Assembly: GCF_001194135.2 (NCBI RefSeq)
Contig: NC_068983.1
Location: 138,880,076-138,914,636 of the forward strand
Reading direction: 5' to 3'
Origin: Octopus bimaculoides
Taxonomy: Eukaryota
Length of the DNA stretch: 34,561 nt
The notes beneath the pieces were generated by a model. That model made no database searches and was not told the origin of the DNA. It saw nothing but the letters and a program-made list of their open reading frames with translations. Shown one piece after another: positions 10,668 to 21,837 of the stretch (the first letter of the stretch is position 1; each line of letters opens with the position of its first letter). The translations under genes were made by a program, and so were the position numbers.

Positions 10668-11597
10668 GACACACACATATGAACACACACATATATACGT
10701 ATATATGCATAATAGCTTGTTTAAATAAGTGTATAAGATATATGGCAGTAAATACAAGACGGGTATTATGGCTGGTTGGAATGAAGGACTTTAACATTGA
10801 AACGGTTTTGTGTCAAAAGTCTGAAGTCGGTTTCAGTGACCGACTTGTTCTCCTTCAGCTTTTAAGCAACCACTTTTACTTCCAATTCAAGCATTTAACT
10901 ATATTCACACACAAATTTAATTAAAGATTTTATACAATAAAACGCTTACATTTGCACAAAGGAACACACACTCGCGCGGGCGCATACACATACACACACA
11001 TTATCTCTTTCACAATATAATACAATATTTAATAAATTATTAATAGGTCATTCCGATGTAAAATAAAAACAACATATAGACAGACAATAATACACTTGTG
11101 TCTTGGGGAGGTTTTGGAATAATATAATACAGCTGGTGCTTTGAGGTTAGGTTTTTGTCTATAAATCAAAGAAAATTCATTTAAATTTGTTGACTTCTCA
11201 TTTATATTCATTATACTGTTGTATGTCACGTGTTATTGAATATAATTTTGTTTCCTTCGCATATTTTCATTGTTAATCATCTTATTTTCTTCGGGTATTT
11301 TTATTTTATTTTGGAAATATTAAATATTTTCACGCAGTGATTGGTCAGAGAGAAAGCTGCTGTGGTTCAGTTTAGATACAAGTACAAACACATCACACAC
11401 AGGTGCAGATGAATATTTATGAAATTTTGTACGTAAATAAATGAAACTAATACCTATATACATGCAAATAAATGTATATATGTATATGGATACATGCAAC
11501 CATACATACGTAAGTATATATGTATAGATAAACCCACTTGGAAATGGATGGGTGGTGTTCAATTAAATAATGATATGAATAATGTATATATATACAC

Positions 11598-11598
<1 letters not shown>

Positions 11599-11642
<44 letters not shown>

Positions 11643-11658
11643 CGTGTATATATGTCTG

Positions 11659-11719
<61 letters not shown>

Positions 11720-11730
11720 ATATCTATCTA
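11599..11730. repeat. Compound (TA)n + (TCTA)n microsatellite
   Basis: Directly visible. Confidence 0.97.
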
Positions 11731-12241
11731 TCGATGTGTGCGTGTATGTGTGTGTATATATATATATTAAAAGTGGGGTAGGCCGGTTCATGGGATAATT
11801 TAGGTTTTCCGTTCATAAAGGGTTTAGTTTATGACGTATCATCAGATATCAAAAACCTGTTGGCCCAAAACCTCTTAAAGATGTGGAGGAGGAAATTCCT
11901 TACTACTCAAAGGTTACAATTCGGGATTAAAACCCGTTGCTATTAGCTATCGACTTTCTGCTGTGCTGCCATCTTGTGGACTCCAAATAGCTAGCAGGTA
12001 CCTCCTGAAATAGAAACATGACCCAAAAATTTCCGTTCTGGAGTTAAAGATGTTCCCTGGTTCGAAACCATTAGGATTCTCTTGCGTTCAGCGATGAATA
12101 AACTTGCAAGGCTTCGTCCCGTTGATGTAGGGGCCTGGGTTCTCGAGGATTTTCCATGAGATGGAACATGGAATTCCATCGTCTCTAGTTTGCTAGACGT
12201 GGCTAGCCAGTGATATTATGTATCTCCTTTACGGAACACTG

Positions 12242-12710
12242 AAACTGGTACTGTGGTTGGAGAGACTTTCTTTGACTCCTTAATCGAGGCTCGGAGACCC
12301 GAAATTGTTGTAGTAGATAAAGGAAAAAAATGAAAGCAAGATCATAGATATTGCAAAACCTGGAGATGCATGCATATGTAACAAGGAACTAGAAAAGATT
12401 GAAAAGTACAGACTACTAAAAGACAAAATGTCAAGAATGTGGACTTAGGAGAGTGTCTTTCCTTCCAGTAGTTCTAGGAGCACTAACAATCAAGCTGGAG
12501 AATTATGTCAAAGAAATCGGAATTGACATGAGAACAGAGCAAACGACTGCTCTATTGGAGACAGCTAGGATTTGTGATTGCTACTTGGATGTTGAATGTC
12601 TCCCGCGCTAATTAACAACCAAGTATCAAAGCTTCAGGTGTGCGGAAAAAGACTCTGTGTGACCTCTGACAACAGGCTGTTGTCTGCTCTCAGAGAATCT
12701 ACCCGATATA
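12242..12710 (+). mobile_element. 3' fragment of an R4/Dong-like non-LTR retrotransposon: restriction-like endonuclease (REL) domain plus probable 3'UTR
   Basis: Frameshifted translation LIEARRPEIVVVDK..ESKIIDIAKPGDA..KELEKIEKYRLLKD..RMW..PVVLGAL..TALLETARI matches the RPD-x-IID-x-K-x-KY PD-(D/E)xK motif of R2/R4-group elements. The 3'UTR extent is approximate. Confidence 0.88.
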
Positions 12711-12714
12711 TAGA

Positions 12715-13271
12715 ATTTAGTAACGGAGTGAAACATCTCCTAGACTCCTACGCTGCAATGGGCTGTCGGATGTCACTAAAAGTCCATTTCCTTGATTGAC
12801 ATCTGGACTCTTTTGAAGAGAACTTTGGACCAGTGTCAGATGAGCAAGGGGAACGATTTCATCATGATACTGCATCGATGGAACAACGATATCATAGATT
12901 GTGGAATGCAGGAATGTTAGTTGACTACTGTTGAATATTATACAGGGATGAACCTGAGACAAAACACCATAGGAAGTTCAGATCCTACAGATTTTAAGTT
13001 GTTATGCATTGAGTGTATTCTAACTTATTTGTACACAATAATTTTAATTTTGTACAATAAAAATTCATGAAATTATCGTATCTTGTATTCAATATACTTT
13101 ATATAGACATGCTTTACGTATCCTATAAGTTAAAACAGCAGGTATCATTAACATGAAAATGTGACCTGATAGAGGAAATCAGACTCCAGATTCGTAATCA
13201 GCATAACAAATTGACCCACAAAAGTCAATCAGCAACTCTGATGATGAAACAATTTCATTTTTTGTCCAGTG
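12715..13271 (+). mobile_element. Chapaev3-like (CMC superfamily) DNA transposon: transposase C-terminus and right end
   Basis: Translation LLDSYAAMGCRMSLKVHFLD*HLDSFEENFGPVSDEQGERFHHDTASMEQRYHRLWNAGMLVDYC*, ending in TAA at 12995-97. Subterminal gaaaatgtgacctgatagag and terminus ttttgtccagtg (5'-CACTG type) at 13271. Superfamily assignment is from recall of this motif. Confidence 0.8.
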
Positions 13272-13444
13272 TAATGGTTTCCAACAATAATGGCAATGAT
13301 TATAAGGGGTAAATGAGGTGGTCAGGATTGTACTAATAATAGTTAAATTATAATAGTGAACAAATAAATAATTAGGTAGGGATTGTAGTAGTAATAGTGA
13401 AATTAAAGTTGTGAACAAGTAAATAATACGCTATAGCAATTAAC

Positions 13445-14010
13445 AAGTGGTGTTGTGCGACAGTCGAGCCCTCGGTGACTAACCCGGCGACCCCACTAAA
13501 CTTAGTTGGTGAGGAGGGTGAATTTTCGACAACCTGCTGGATTAAAATCAAAGAGCAAGGAAACTCTGGAGAGAAAATGGCCATTCAAAAAAAACGAGTA
13601 GACAGAACTCGTCAGCCTTGGTTGGAAGTCTGTATCGGAGAATCAATACTTTGATTAAAAATGTGGAGTAGATAGGACTCCTTAGCCAGATTGGCGACAA
13701 GCTGTCAGTGTCGAACGGCTCCATGCCTGGGATGAAGACGAATGAACAGTGAATCGGGACGTAGCTCCTAAGAAATGTTTGGATGAAGATACGAGACCAA
13801 CCTAGTGAAAATTATGATTATGATCCCCAACACAAAGAAATGGAAATGGGATCAGTCCCAACTTACAGGAAGTAAGAGCTCTGCATTCTTGGTTGACAAT
13901 CTTACTAGAGATGGTGTCTCGATAAAAATACATGTTGGTGGCTAACCTTAGAACACAAACCTCAATGCAAATGTATAACAAAGATAGAGAAAATAGGCAT
14001 AAAATCTAGT
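13445..14010 (+). mobile_element. Probable decayed 5' region of a non-LTR retrotransposon (R4/Dong- or RTE-like)
   Basis: GC-elevated block containing gccttggttggaagtctgtatcggagaatcaatactttgatt, which resembles LINE 5'UTR motifs; no intact ORF. Boundaries are approximate. Confidence 0.4.
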
Positions 14011-14567
14011 TTAGTGCATCAACAGAAAATTAGTATTATTAGGTATATCTAGGATATTTAGGAAAGCTCTTAGCACCTAAGGATACATGTTGTTGCTCGT
14101 TTATTAGGAATTTTTCCCAACAGTCTAATCTGTTATGTGTGTATGGAATATGAGAATTTATTGATTACGGAGTTATCGGCTGAAGGAGTTTTTAAAGGAA
14201 CAGTCTCCGCCTAAATTAATGATTCTGGGGACGCCAACAGTTGAGCTTGATCTATTTCATATGAAACGTGAATTGTTATACAAACACATATATGTGCATC
14301 TGGCACTCAATCACTCGATGACTGTATAAGATAACGGCACTCAAGAATACGTCGCTACAGTAATAAATCATATACTCGTAGGAAGAGCCTTTTTATCATA
14401 TAGCAAATTGCGAACAAATCAATTTTTAGCAATTTTTCTCTCCCCACGATATATACACATGAAAGTATGAAGCTAGTAATAAAACCGAAGTAAACACCCA
14501 TTTTATAGTGGTCACGAATTGTTAGATTTATAATTTTATTTTAATCATTCCATCTAGTAATGGACAG

Positions 14568-14937
14568 TGGAGGCGCAATGGCCCAGTGGTTAGAGCAGCG
14601 GACTCATGGTCATAGGATCGCGGTTTCGATTCCCAGACCGGGCGTTGTGACTGTTTATTGAGCGAAAACACCTAAAGCTCCTCGAGGCTTCAGCAGGGGA
14701 TGGTGGCGAACCCTGCTGTACTCTTTCACCACAACTTTCTCTCACTCTTACTTCCTGTAATTCAAAGGGCCAGCCTTGTCACACTGTGTCACGCTGAATT
14801 TCCCCGAGAACTACGTTATGGGTACACGTGTCTGTCGAGTGGTCAGCCATTTGCGCGTTAATTTCACGAGCAGGCTGTTCCGTTGATCGGATCAACTGGA
14901 ACCCTCGACATCGTAAGCGACGGAATGTCAACAACTG
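14568..14937 (+). mobile_element. Full-length tRNA-derived SINE with an 11-bp target-site duplication
   Basis: A-box TGGCCCAGTGG, B-box-like GGTTTCGATTCC, short caac tail; TSD gtaatggacag at 14557-14567 and 14938-14948. Confidence 0.93.
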
Positions 14938-15048
14938 GTAATGGACAGCCCGTCGTTAACTGGTTACTGAATAAATATCCTTCATACTGGTGATACTCTA
15001 GCTAAACCAGTAAAAATGTTCATCATTTTGTGAGCGAAAATTGGTATA

Positions 15049-15270
15049 CAGTAATCCCAAGCCATATCGCGGTTCACTTATCGCGGTTTATTATTTAAGC
15101 TTACGTCTATTCCTCAGTGGTTTTGTTTTGCATTTATAATAAAATGAATATATATAAATTATAAAAATAATAGACAAAAATATGCAGTACACTACTGTTT
15201 CTACTTCACGAATTTACACCTACCACGGGGTTTTTGGAACGTAACACATACGATAGTCGAGGGATTATAG
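15049..15270. mobile_element. pogo/Tigger-type MITE (222 bp)
   Basis: Imperfect TIRs cagtaatcccaagccatatcg and cgatagtcgagggattatag, TA on both sides (15047-48, 15271-72), AT-rich non-coding interior. Confidence 0.8.
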
Positions 15271-15443
15271 TATATCTTTACTATTTCAAAAACGTCTCAA
15301 TAATATTATAAAAAGAAATAACAGCAATAAGAAGAATAATAATGTATGTGTATATTATACTCTAGCAATGTTTATATGGAAGTAGCGAAATTATTCAGTC
15401 TGCCTCTGCTTCACAAATTCATTTTGATGCGTTCCTTCAGATG

Positions 15444-15542
15444 TTTACACACACACACACACACACTCACACACACACACATACACACACACACACACAC
15501 ATACACACACACACAGTCACAAACACACACATACACACACAC
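15444..15542. repeat. Imperfect (CA)n microsatellite
   Basis: Directly visible. Confidence 0.95.
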
Positions 15543-16967
15543 ATTTATACGCTTAAATATGTTGCACGCACGCATTTTTTAGTGCAAAAATACACACATT
15601 TATACACACATATACAGACACACACACATGAACGTATATATACTGACAAGCTATAACACATCTTAATTGTTATATATGCACTCAGTATCCAGAAATATAT
15701 AGTTGTAATACAGCTATATTTTTAAAAATATTATTTATTTCCTTATTTCTTTCAGATATACGCATCATATGCCCATTAAAAAAACATTTTGTGGTTCAAA
15801 TACTACTGAAGTAGCTCTTTACGGAACTTTTATAACTATCAGTTTTCTTGTAAGATCGTCATATATCACCTCCCTTTATGGTTATTGCAGTAACAGAACA
15901 ATAATATCTATATCCAACGCCATTATCAAAGTCAGTCATTTTTATCTATTGCCAAAGGGACCTAAATTAGTTTTTTTAATATTTTTTTAATGTAATTCGT
16001 CTTTTTTTTCTTTCTTCTCGTTATGTTGTTGTTAGTTTGAATGAATCAAAATAGATGTCTTAAAAAGCTACGTATTTGAGATTATCCTCACCTTCTTTCG
16101 ACTCACCTCCCTTTTACTTCTTTTTCCTCTTTTTCATCTACTGTTTCTACTTGTTTCCTCTCTGCCCCTTTGATTTCTTTCCTTCGTTTTCATCATCTTT
16201 ATCTTCCTCTTAATATTATTCCCCGCTGTTACTTCCGTTCAATGACTGTTCTAAAATTTTCTGAGACCGATCTAATGGCTTGCTAGACTCCGAAGACATT
16301 TCGTCTTTGAGAATAAAACTAGCTGCCCTTACTAAGAGCACAGTTGTTTAAGAATTAGGTTTTCTTACATCAATTAGATTTATTGATCTTGATTATTGCT
16401 AAATAGCCATGCCAGTGGGGTGTACCAGTTATTTACAATCGTTGAGTTAATAGAGAACTATGAATACAAATGGTTCAACCATTATCGCCATTAATAATAT
16501 GATAACATTACTGCGAAAAGTTTTACATTTTCACAAAGATGAAGAACAAGCAAAAAAGGCTAGATATAAAAGCAATGCTTTACTTCCATTCTTCTGCCTA
16601 CTGATGCTCTTACTAAAAAAATTGGTGTCCACATTAAGGATATGACACTTACTTGAAATCATATTCTATAGATATATGTTACTTATAGGTCTAACAAATC
16701 GACATTTCACTGCCTTGACTTGGCCTTTCCGTCATTATAAGACATTGAAGTGAAAGAATAAAGATTGACTTCAATAATTTCCTAATCGTCTTTATGCTAC
16801 TATTTTCAAGTATCTTGTTTATATTATGTTCAATAATGTTCTGGCATGTACTTTACAATTGTTTTATGTTTAAATTATAGATACGGAAAAAAAGCAAATG
16901 TTATTCTAATATTATTCTAATAGAGAGATACATCCTTGAAATTGATTTCGTGCTCTCGAAAACTGGG

Positions 16968-17015
<48 letters not shown>

Positions 17016-17385
17016 GTATGTATATATGTGTACGTATGTGCGTAGGTATATATTATATTTCTGTTTTGCCATAAAGCCTAACAAAATATACAAAACATAC
17101 AGTACCATTACGCTTCGCCGGCGTTATATCTTCAATTCATGGTGGTCTCCCTTTTGAGTCTTATATATGCAATAAAAAAATGTACGGAAAATACTGTTAA
17201 TGATCAAGTAAATGACCTAAGAAATAAACTTGGTTAATGGTATTCATTAACTTGCAGTTATTTCAACTATAAAGTTGTGTGAATCCACCGAAGCTTCCAG
17301 TATGACTTCTCCTAAGGTGTCAAATGTATGTTATTATTTAATATTCGTCTTTTTCTTTAATATATATATATATATATATAACATA

Positions 17386-17761
17386 GGCGCAGGTGTGGCT
17401 GTGTGTAAGCAGCTTGCTTATCAAGCAGATGGTCTCGGGTTCAGTTCCACTGCATTGCACCCTGGGCAGATGTCTTCTACTATAACCTCGTGAGTGGATT
17501 TGGTAAACGGAAACTGAAAGAAGCCCGTGGTATATATGTATATGTGTGTATATATTTGTGTGCCTGTGTTTGTCCCCCCCCCCAACATAGCTTCACAACA
17601 GATGCTGGTGTGTTTTCGTCCCCGTAACTCAGCGGTACGGCAAAACAGACCGACAAAATAAGTATTAGGCTTATAGAGAATAAGCTGTTGGATCTATTTG
17701 CTCGGCTGAAGGCGGTACCCTAAAATGGTCGCAGTCAAATTACTGAAACAAGTAAAAGAAT
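17386..17761 (+). mobile_element. Near full-length tRNA-derived SINE (second family) with an internal TA/TG-rich spacer
   Basis: Head ggcgcaggtgtggctgtgtgtaagcagc...gggttcagttccactgc (A/B-box-like) and tail ...gcagtcaaattactgaaacaagtaaaagaat. Homologous segments occur at 3531, 6310 and 18169. Confidence 0.9.
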
Positions 17762-18168
17762 NNNNNNNNNNNNNNNNNNNNNNNNNNNNNNNNNNNNNNN
17801 NNNNNNNNNNNNNNNNNNNNNNNNNNNNNNNNNNNNNNNNNNNNNNNNNNNNNNNNNNNNNNNNNNNNNNNNNNNNNNNNNNNNNNNNNNNNNNNNNNNN
17901 NNNNNNNNNNNNNNNNNNNNNNNNNNNNNNNNNNNNNNNNNNNNNNNNNNNNNNNNNNNNNNNNNNNNNNNNNNNNNNNNNNNNNNNNNNNNNNNNNNNN
18001 NNNNNNNNNNNNNNNNNNNNNNNNNNNNNNNNNNNNNNNNNNNNNNNNNNNNNNNNNNNNNNNNNNNNNNNNNNNNNNNNNNNNNNNNNNNNNNNNNNNN
18101 NNNNNNNNNNNNNNNNNNNNNNNNNNNNNNNNNNNNNNNNNNNNNNNNNNNNNNNNNNNNNNNNNNNN

Positions 18169-18256
18169 TCCGTCTAACAAATCCACTCACAAGTCTTTCG
18201 TCGGCCTGAGGCTATAATCGATGCCACTTGCTCATGGTGCCACGCAGTGGAACTGA
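18169..18256 (-). mobile_element. Inverted partial copy of the same SINE, running into the N-gap
   Basis: Minus strand tcagttccactgcgtggcaccatgagcaagtgg...gtgagtggatttgttagacgga aligns with 17440-17512. Confidence 0.88.
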
Positions 18257-18307
18257 CTTATGTATGTGTGTGCGTGTGTGTGTTTGTGCGTGCCTGTGTG
18301 TATGTAT

Positions 18308-18351
<44 letters not shown>

Positions 18352-18982
18352 CAGAGAGAGATATTGTGTGCGAGAGAAGGTGCTGTTAAAGTAATCCTGA
18401 AATGAAATTTTGCTCTCATTTCTGCAAGTTTACAGGCAAGTCGCTATTCCTGTATTGATTCTGTACTAAGTTGTTATATATATGTACAGTTACTTATGCC
18501 AGAGTAACAGTTCTGTTTCCTACCATAGTTAGTTTAGTGATCCCTTAACAACACACAACTGCTGAATTGTCTGTCAGCGTTCTAACACCCTTTCCCAGTA
18601 TGTCACCTGCGTTTCTCATATACAAGGTCGCAATATTATGTGCTCAATTAAAAAGTTGAAAACAAATTATATCTGCTTGTTGTTTTTTTCTTATGTCAGT
18701 TCCTATGTAATAATTGAAAAAATAAATCACAAGATGCAAGGACTTCCAGCCGCAAAGAGTTTATATATGAAACGTATGTGAAGTTCTTTTAAGGTTTAAT
18801 TTATTGGAGATAAGGCTGCTACTTGTCGCAACTTGAACGACCATATAAATTTTCCATAGTTGGCTGATATATAATCATTTGTAATGTTATTTATATAAAA
18901 TTATTATGCAATAAAATTTAGTTAAAACAATATACGACATTTAAATTGACAATAAATAAACTTTAAATAAACACGATAAATA

Positions 18983-19032
<50 letters not shown>

Positions 19033-20020
19033 AAATGCACAATAAAAACTTTTTACAAAATCAAACCGCAGAATTAACAATTAGAACAATAGAAACAACA
19101 ACAAAAATAGCTAATAGAGATTCACAGAAAGAATGCAAATTAAAACAATCACTGTAAGAAGAACAATAACAGATATACTTGTGGTTGGTAACACATCAAA
19201 GAGAAAAAAAATACTTTTCTCATAAGCAAATTGGTTGGCGATCATAAAAGTGATGATGGTAATAATAGAATTGCAAGAATAACAAACAAAACACAAATAA
19301 CAATGCGACGAAAACTAAACAACAATAACAACAACAACAACAACAATACCATTAGCAAACAGTAAATAACAGTATTAAACAATGACAACTGATGAAATTA
19401 CAAATTATTTTATTGTCGTTTGACGTACTCGAAAATTTGGATAATATCCAATACCAACTAAAATCGTTAGAGATAATTACTATTGATTATATTAAGAGAA
19501 ATAGCTCTGGTGTATTTTAACAGGTAGATAAGTTCATTGAATATAATTGTGTGCATGCGTGAGTGTGTGTGCGTGTGTGTGTGCATGTGCGCGTATGTGA
19601 GAGAGAGAAAGATGGGAGAGAAAGAGAGGAGAGAAAGACAATGATTCTTACTGGTAAGGCTATTAAATTTTTCTATTGTTCAGGAATGCCTCAATTTCCG
19701 AAGAAGACAACGAGCATTGATAGGTATTGTTCCTGTTTAAATACAGTCGCAAGTCAATAATGTGTATGAAACTTCGTGTTCTGCTTGCACAACATCTATG
19801 TCAAAGCAGAAATTTAACACTCCACTACCAAATACATATAAATGTGGAAATAGAAACATAGTGTAAGAGACAACTTCCATAACTTTTTCTTCCATACAGT
19901 TTTCTACATTTTCATGTAGCATACAACACAAACACGTTAGTATCTAGAGAACACCACAGCAGTATGAAAACATAGTAGCCTTACCCATCAACTCAGGAGA
20001 TAGGAACCTCCTAAATACAT

Positions 20021-20332
20021 TGCTGTGTTGTCTATTCTGTATTTTATGTAGTTTGTTCTTAGTGCTTGCTCTTGGGCAGCACAGATTAGAGCCTCCGTTT
20101 CCAGTTTTAAATCCCTTTTAGTCATCCACAGCCATCTTTTTTCTCAGTCTGTCTTATCTTCAACATACCTATGAATTTGACCATGCGTTCTTTTCTTTAC
20201 CCAACTATTTTCAGTTTCATTTGTTTTCAATTTCTTGTGTAGTGCTTTATCTTTGCAATCTTTCATCCTACACAAGCCCGGTCTTCCTACTTCTAATATT
20301 AGCGGTTCTGTGGCATTTTTTACATACCATGC
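20021..20332 (-). mobile_element. Internal fragment of an R4/Dong-like LINE ORF (between RT and the CCHC knuckle)
   Basis: WYVKNATEPLIL...KKRTHGQIHRYVEDKTD*EKRWLWMTKRDLKLETEALICAAQEQALRTNYIKYRIDNTA contains the HGQ and E-x-E-x-I-x-A-x-Q-x-Q-x-L-x-T signature of R4/Dong proteins. Confidence 0.9.
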
Positions 20333-21030
20333 TTTTTCTAGTTTCAAATATTCCCAACGTTTATTGAACAACGAGCTTTTCTAGCTAAAGATATTACACA
20401 ATATGTCTATTGTATTTCTAAAGTATATGTGGGAAAGGTTTTTCAGAAGTGTGTAATTGCTGTAACGCTCATGTCCTCTTGCCGCTAGTTTTCTTAGGAT
20501 TAGATGCGTTTTCATATCGTCGTCCCAGTCTTTGCACTCTTTTTTGAAAGTCTGTTCGTATCTCCTATAATTCGCGTCGCAGGTAACGCCTCAGTCTGGT
20601 ACATACTTAGATTCCGTTATTGAGTTTGCAACATAATTTGACGATTTAATATTCATTAATTGCAGCATTTGTAATTATTGATGTCCTTCTTCTTTCAGGT
20701 GTTGTCACTGTTTTGCAACTCGAGGAAGCCTGCTTATAATTCTTCCATAATTTTACGATTTTATATGCTGTAGCATTCGCAAAGAAAACATTTGCGAGTT
20801 TCGTAACCACTTGTGAGTTTGTTAATTCCTCCTGAGTTTGTTAAATTCTCGTCACCACAGTTGTAATTCAACGACGGACTGTTTTAACATTCACTCTGGG
20901 ATAGCAGAATAGTTAGTTAAACAAGTCAGACACAACTACCTATGACCGACTTCGCCGACTTCTTGGCTTACTACGTAACAGTATTAGTAACAACTCACAC
21001 ACACCGCTTGTCACGAGGAAGGGGTGTTCC

Positions 21031-21032
<2 letters not shown>
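20333..21032 (-). mobile_element. Ty3/gypsy (K02A2.6/Mag-like) LTR-retrotransposon remnant: LTR 3' part, PBS and gag N-terminus
   Basis: LTR-like end ...gaattaca at 20862 and PBS-like TGGTGACGAG at 20857-20848. gag ATG at 20748, followed by ANSITESKYVPD*GVTCDANYRRYEQTFKKECKDWDDDMKTHLILRKL..HERYSNY..FS*KSSLFNKRW in one frame. Confidence 0.85.
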
Positions 21033-21090
<58 letters not shown>

Positions 21091-21164
21091 TTATGTTTGA
21101 CTTTTGTTTTGCATTTGTACAAGTTGGATCCAAGTCTCACCCAGAGACCTCAAGAGACATCAAG

Positions 21165-21208
<44 letters not shown>

Positions 21209-21240
21209 GATTATTATTATCATTATTATTATTATTATTC
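21033..21240 (-). repeat. Two (TAA)n arrays enclosing a unique 75-bp stub (21091-21165), probably a 5'-truncated LINE 3' end
   Basis: Arrays at 21033-21090 and 21166-21240 are directly visible. The stub reads (minus) aaacttgatgtctcttgaggtctctgggtgagacttgg...caaaagtcaaacataaa then (TAA)n. Its origin is inferred. Confidence 0.75.
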
Positions 21241-21299
21241 CCATAACATTACGTATGCATTTATGTTTGTATGTTTGTATGCATATATATATATATATA

Positions 21300-21339
<40 letters not shown>

Positions 21340-21708
21340 TGTATGTTATTTATTCTTCATAAAATTGAAAGATAATATCACGTTAATGATTTTATCAGGT
21401 AGTCAGCATGAAAAAAAAACTCATAGGTAATTTATATATAAAATTAATAATTATATAAATATAATTATATTAAGAGAGGAGGGCGAAACGACCTGTCTCC
21501 TACATGATTGAAATAAATGTCAAGGCACAAAGAAACTACCGAATAACTCGAAAGGCACAGGTTGTAGTCGGGCAAGCGAAAACATACTAAAAAGACTTCA
21601 AGTCAATTGTGAATTGCGTTCAATTACTAGATTAACGCCATGAAAAAGACTTTTTTTTCCTTCAGCACAATACACGGGAATATATATACAAATAATTTAC
21701 ATACCCTG

Positions 21709-21837
21709 TGGAGGCGCAATGGCCCAGTAGTTAGGGCAGCGGACACGCGGTTTCGATTCTCAGACCGGGCGTTGTGAGTGTTTATTGAGCGAAAACAACT
21801 AAAGCTCCATGAGGCTCCGGCAGGAGATGGTGGCAAA
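21709..21837 (+). mobile_element. 3'-truncated copy of the 14568 tRNA-SINE with a deletion in the anticodon-arm region
   Basis: ggaggcgcaatggcccagtagttagggcagcggac..gcggtttcgattctcagaccgggcgttgtg..gagcgaaaac is colinear with 14569-14710. Confidence 0.92.

Noticed and set aside
13235-13255. CTGATGA..GAAAC as a hammerhead
   Set aside because: Only one base separates the core halves, so there is no stem II; it lies in the Chapaev3 subterminal region.
14569-14645. Functional tRNA gene
   Set aside because: The tRNA-like head continues into a 300-bp SINE body with a TSD, the B-box has an extra base, the acceptor stem does not close, and a sibling copy lies at 21709.
20400-21032. Initial idea that this is the 5' end of a Dong element abutting (TAA)n
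   Set aside because: The translation matches gypsy-type gag and a PBS-like TGGTGACGAG is present, so it was reassigned to an LTR element.
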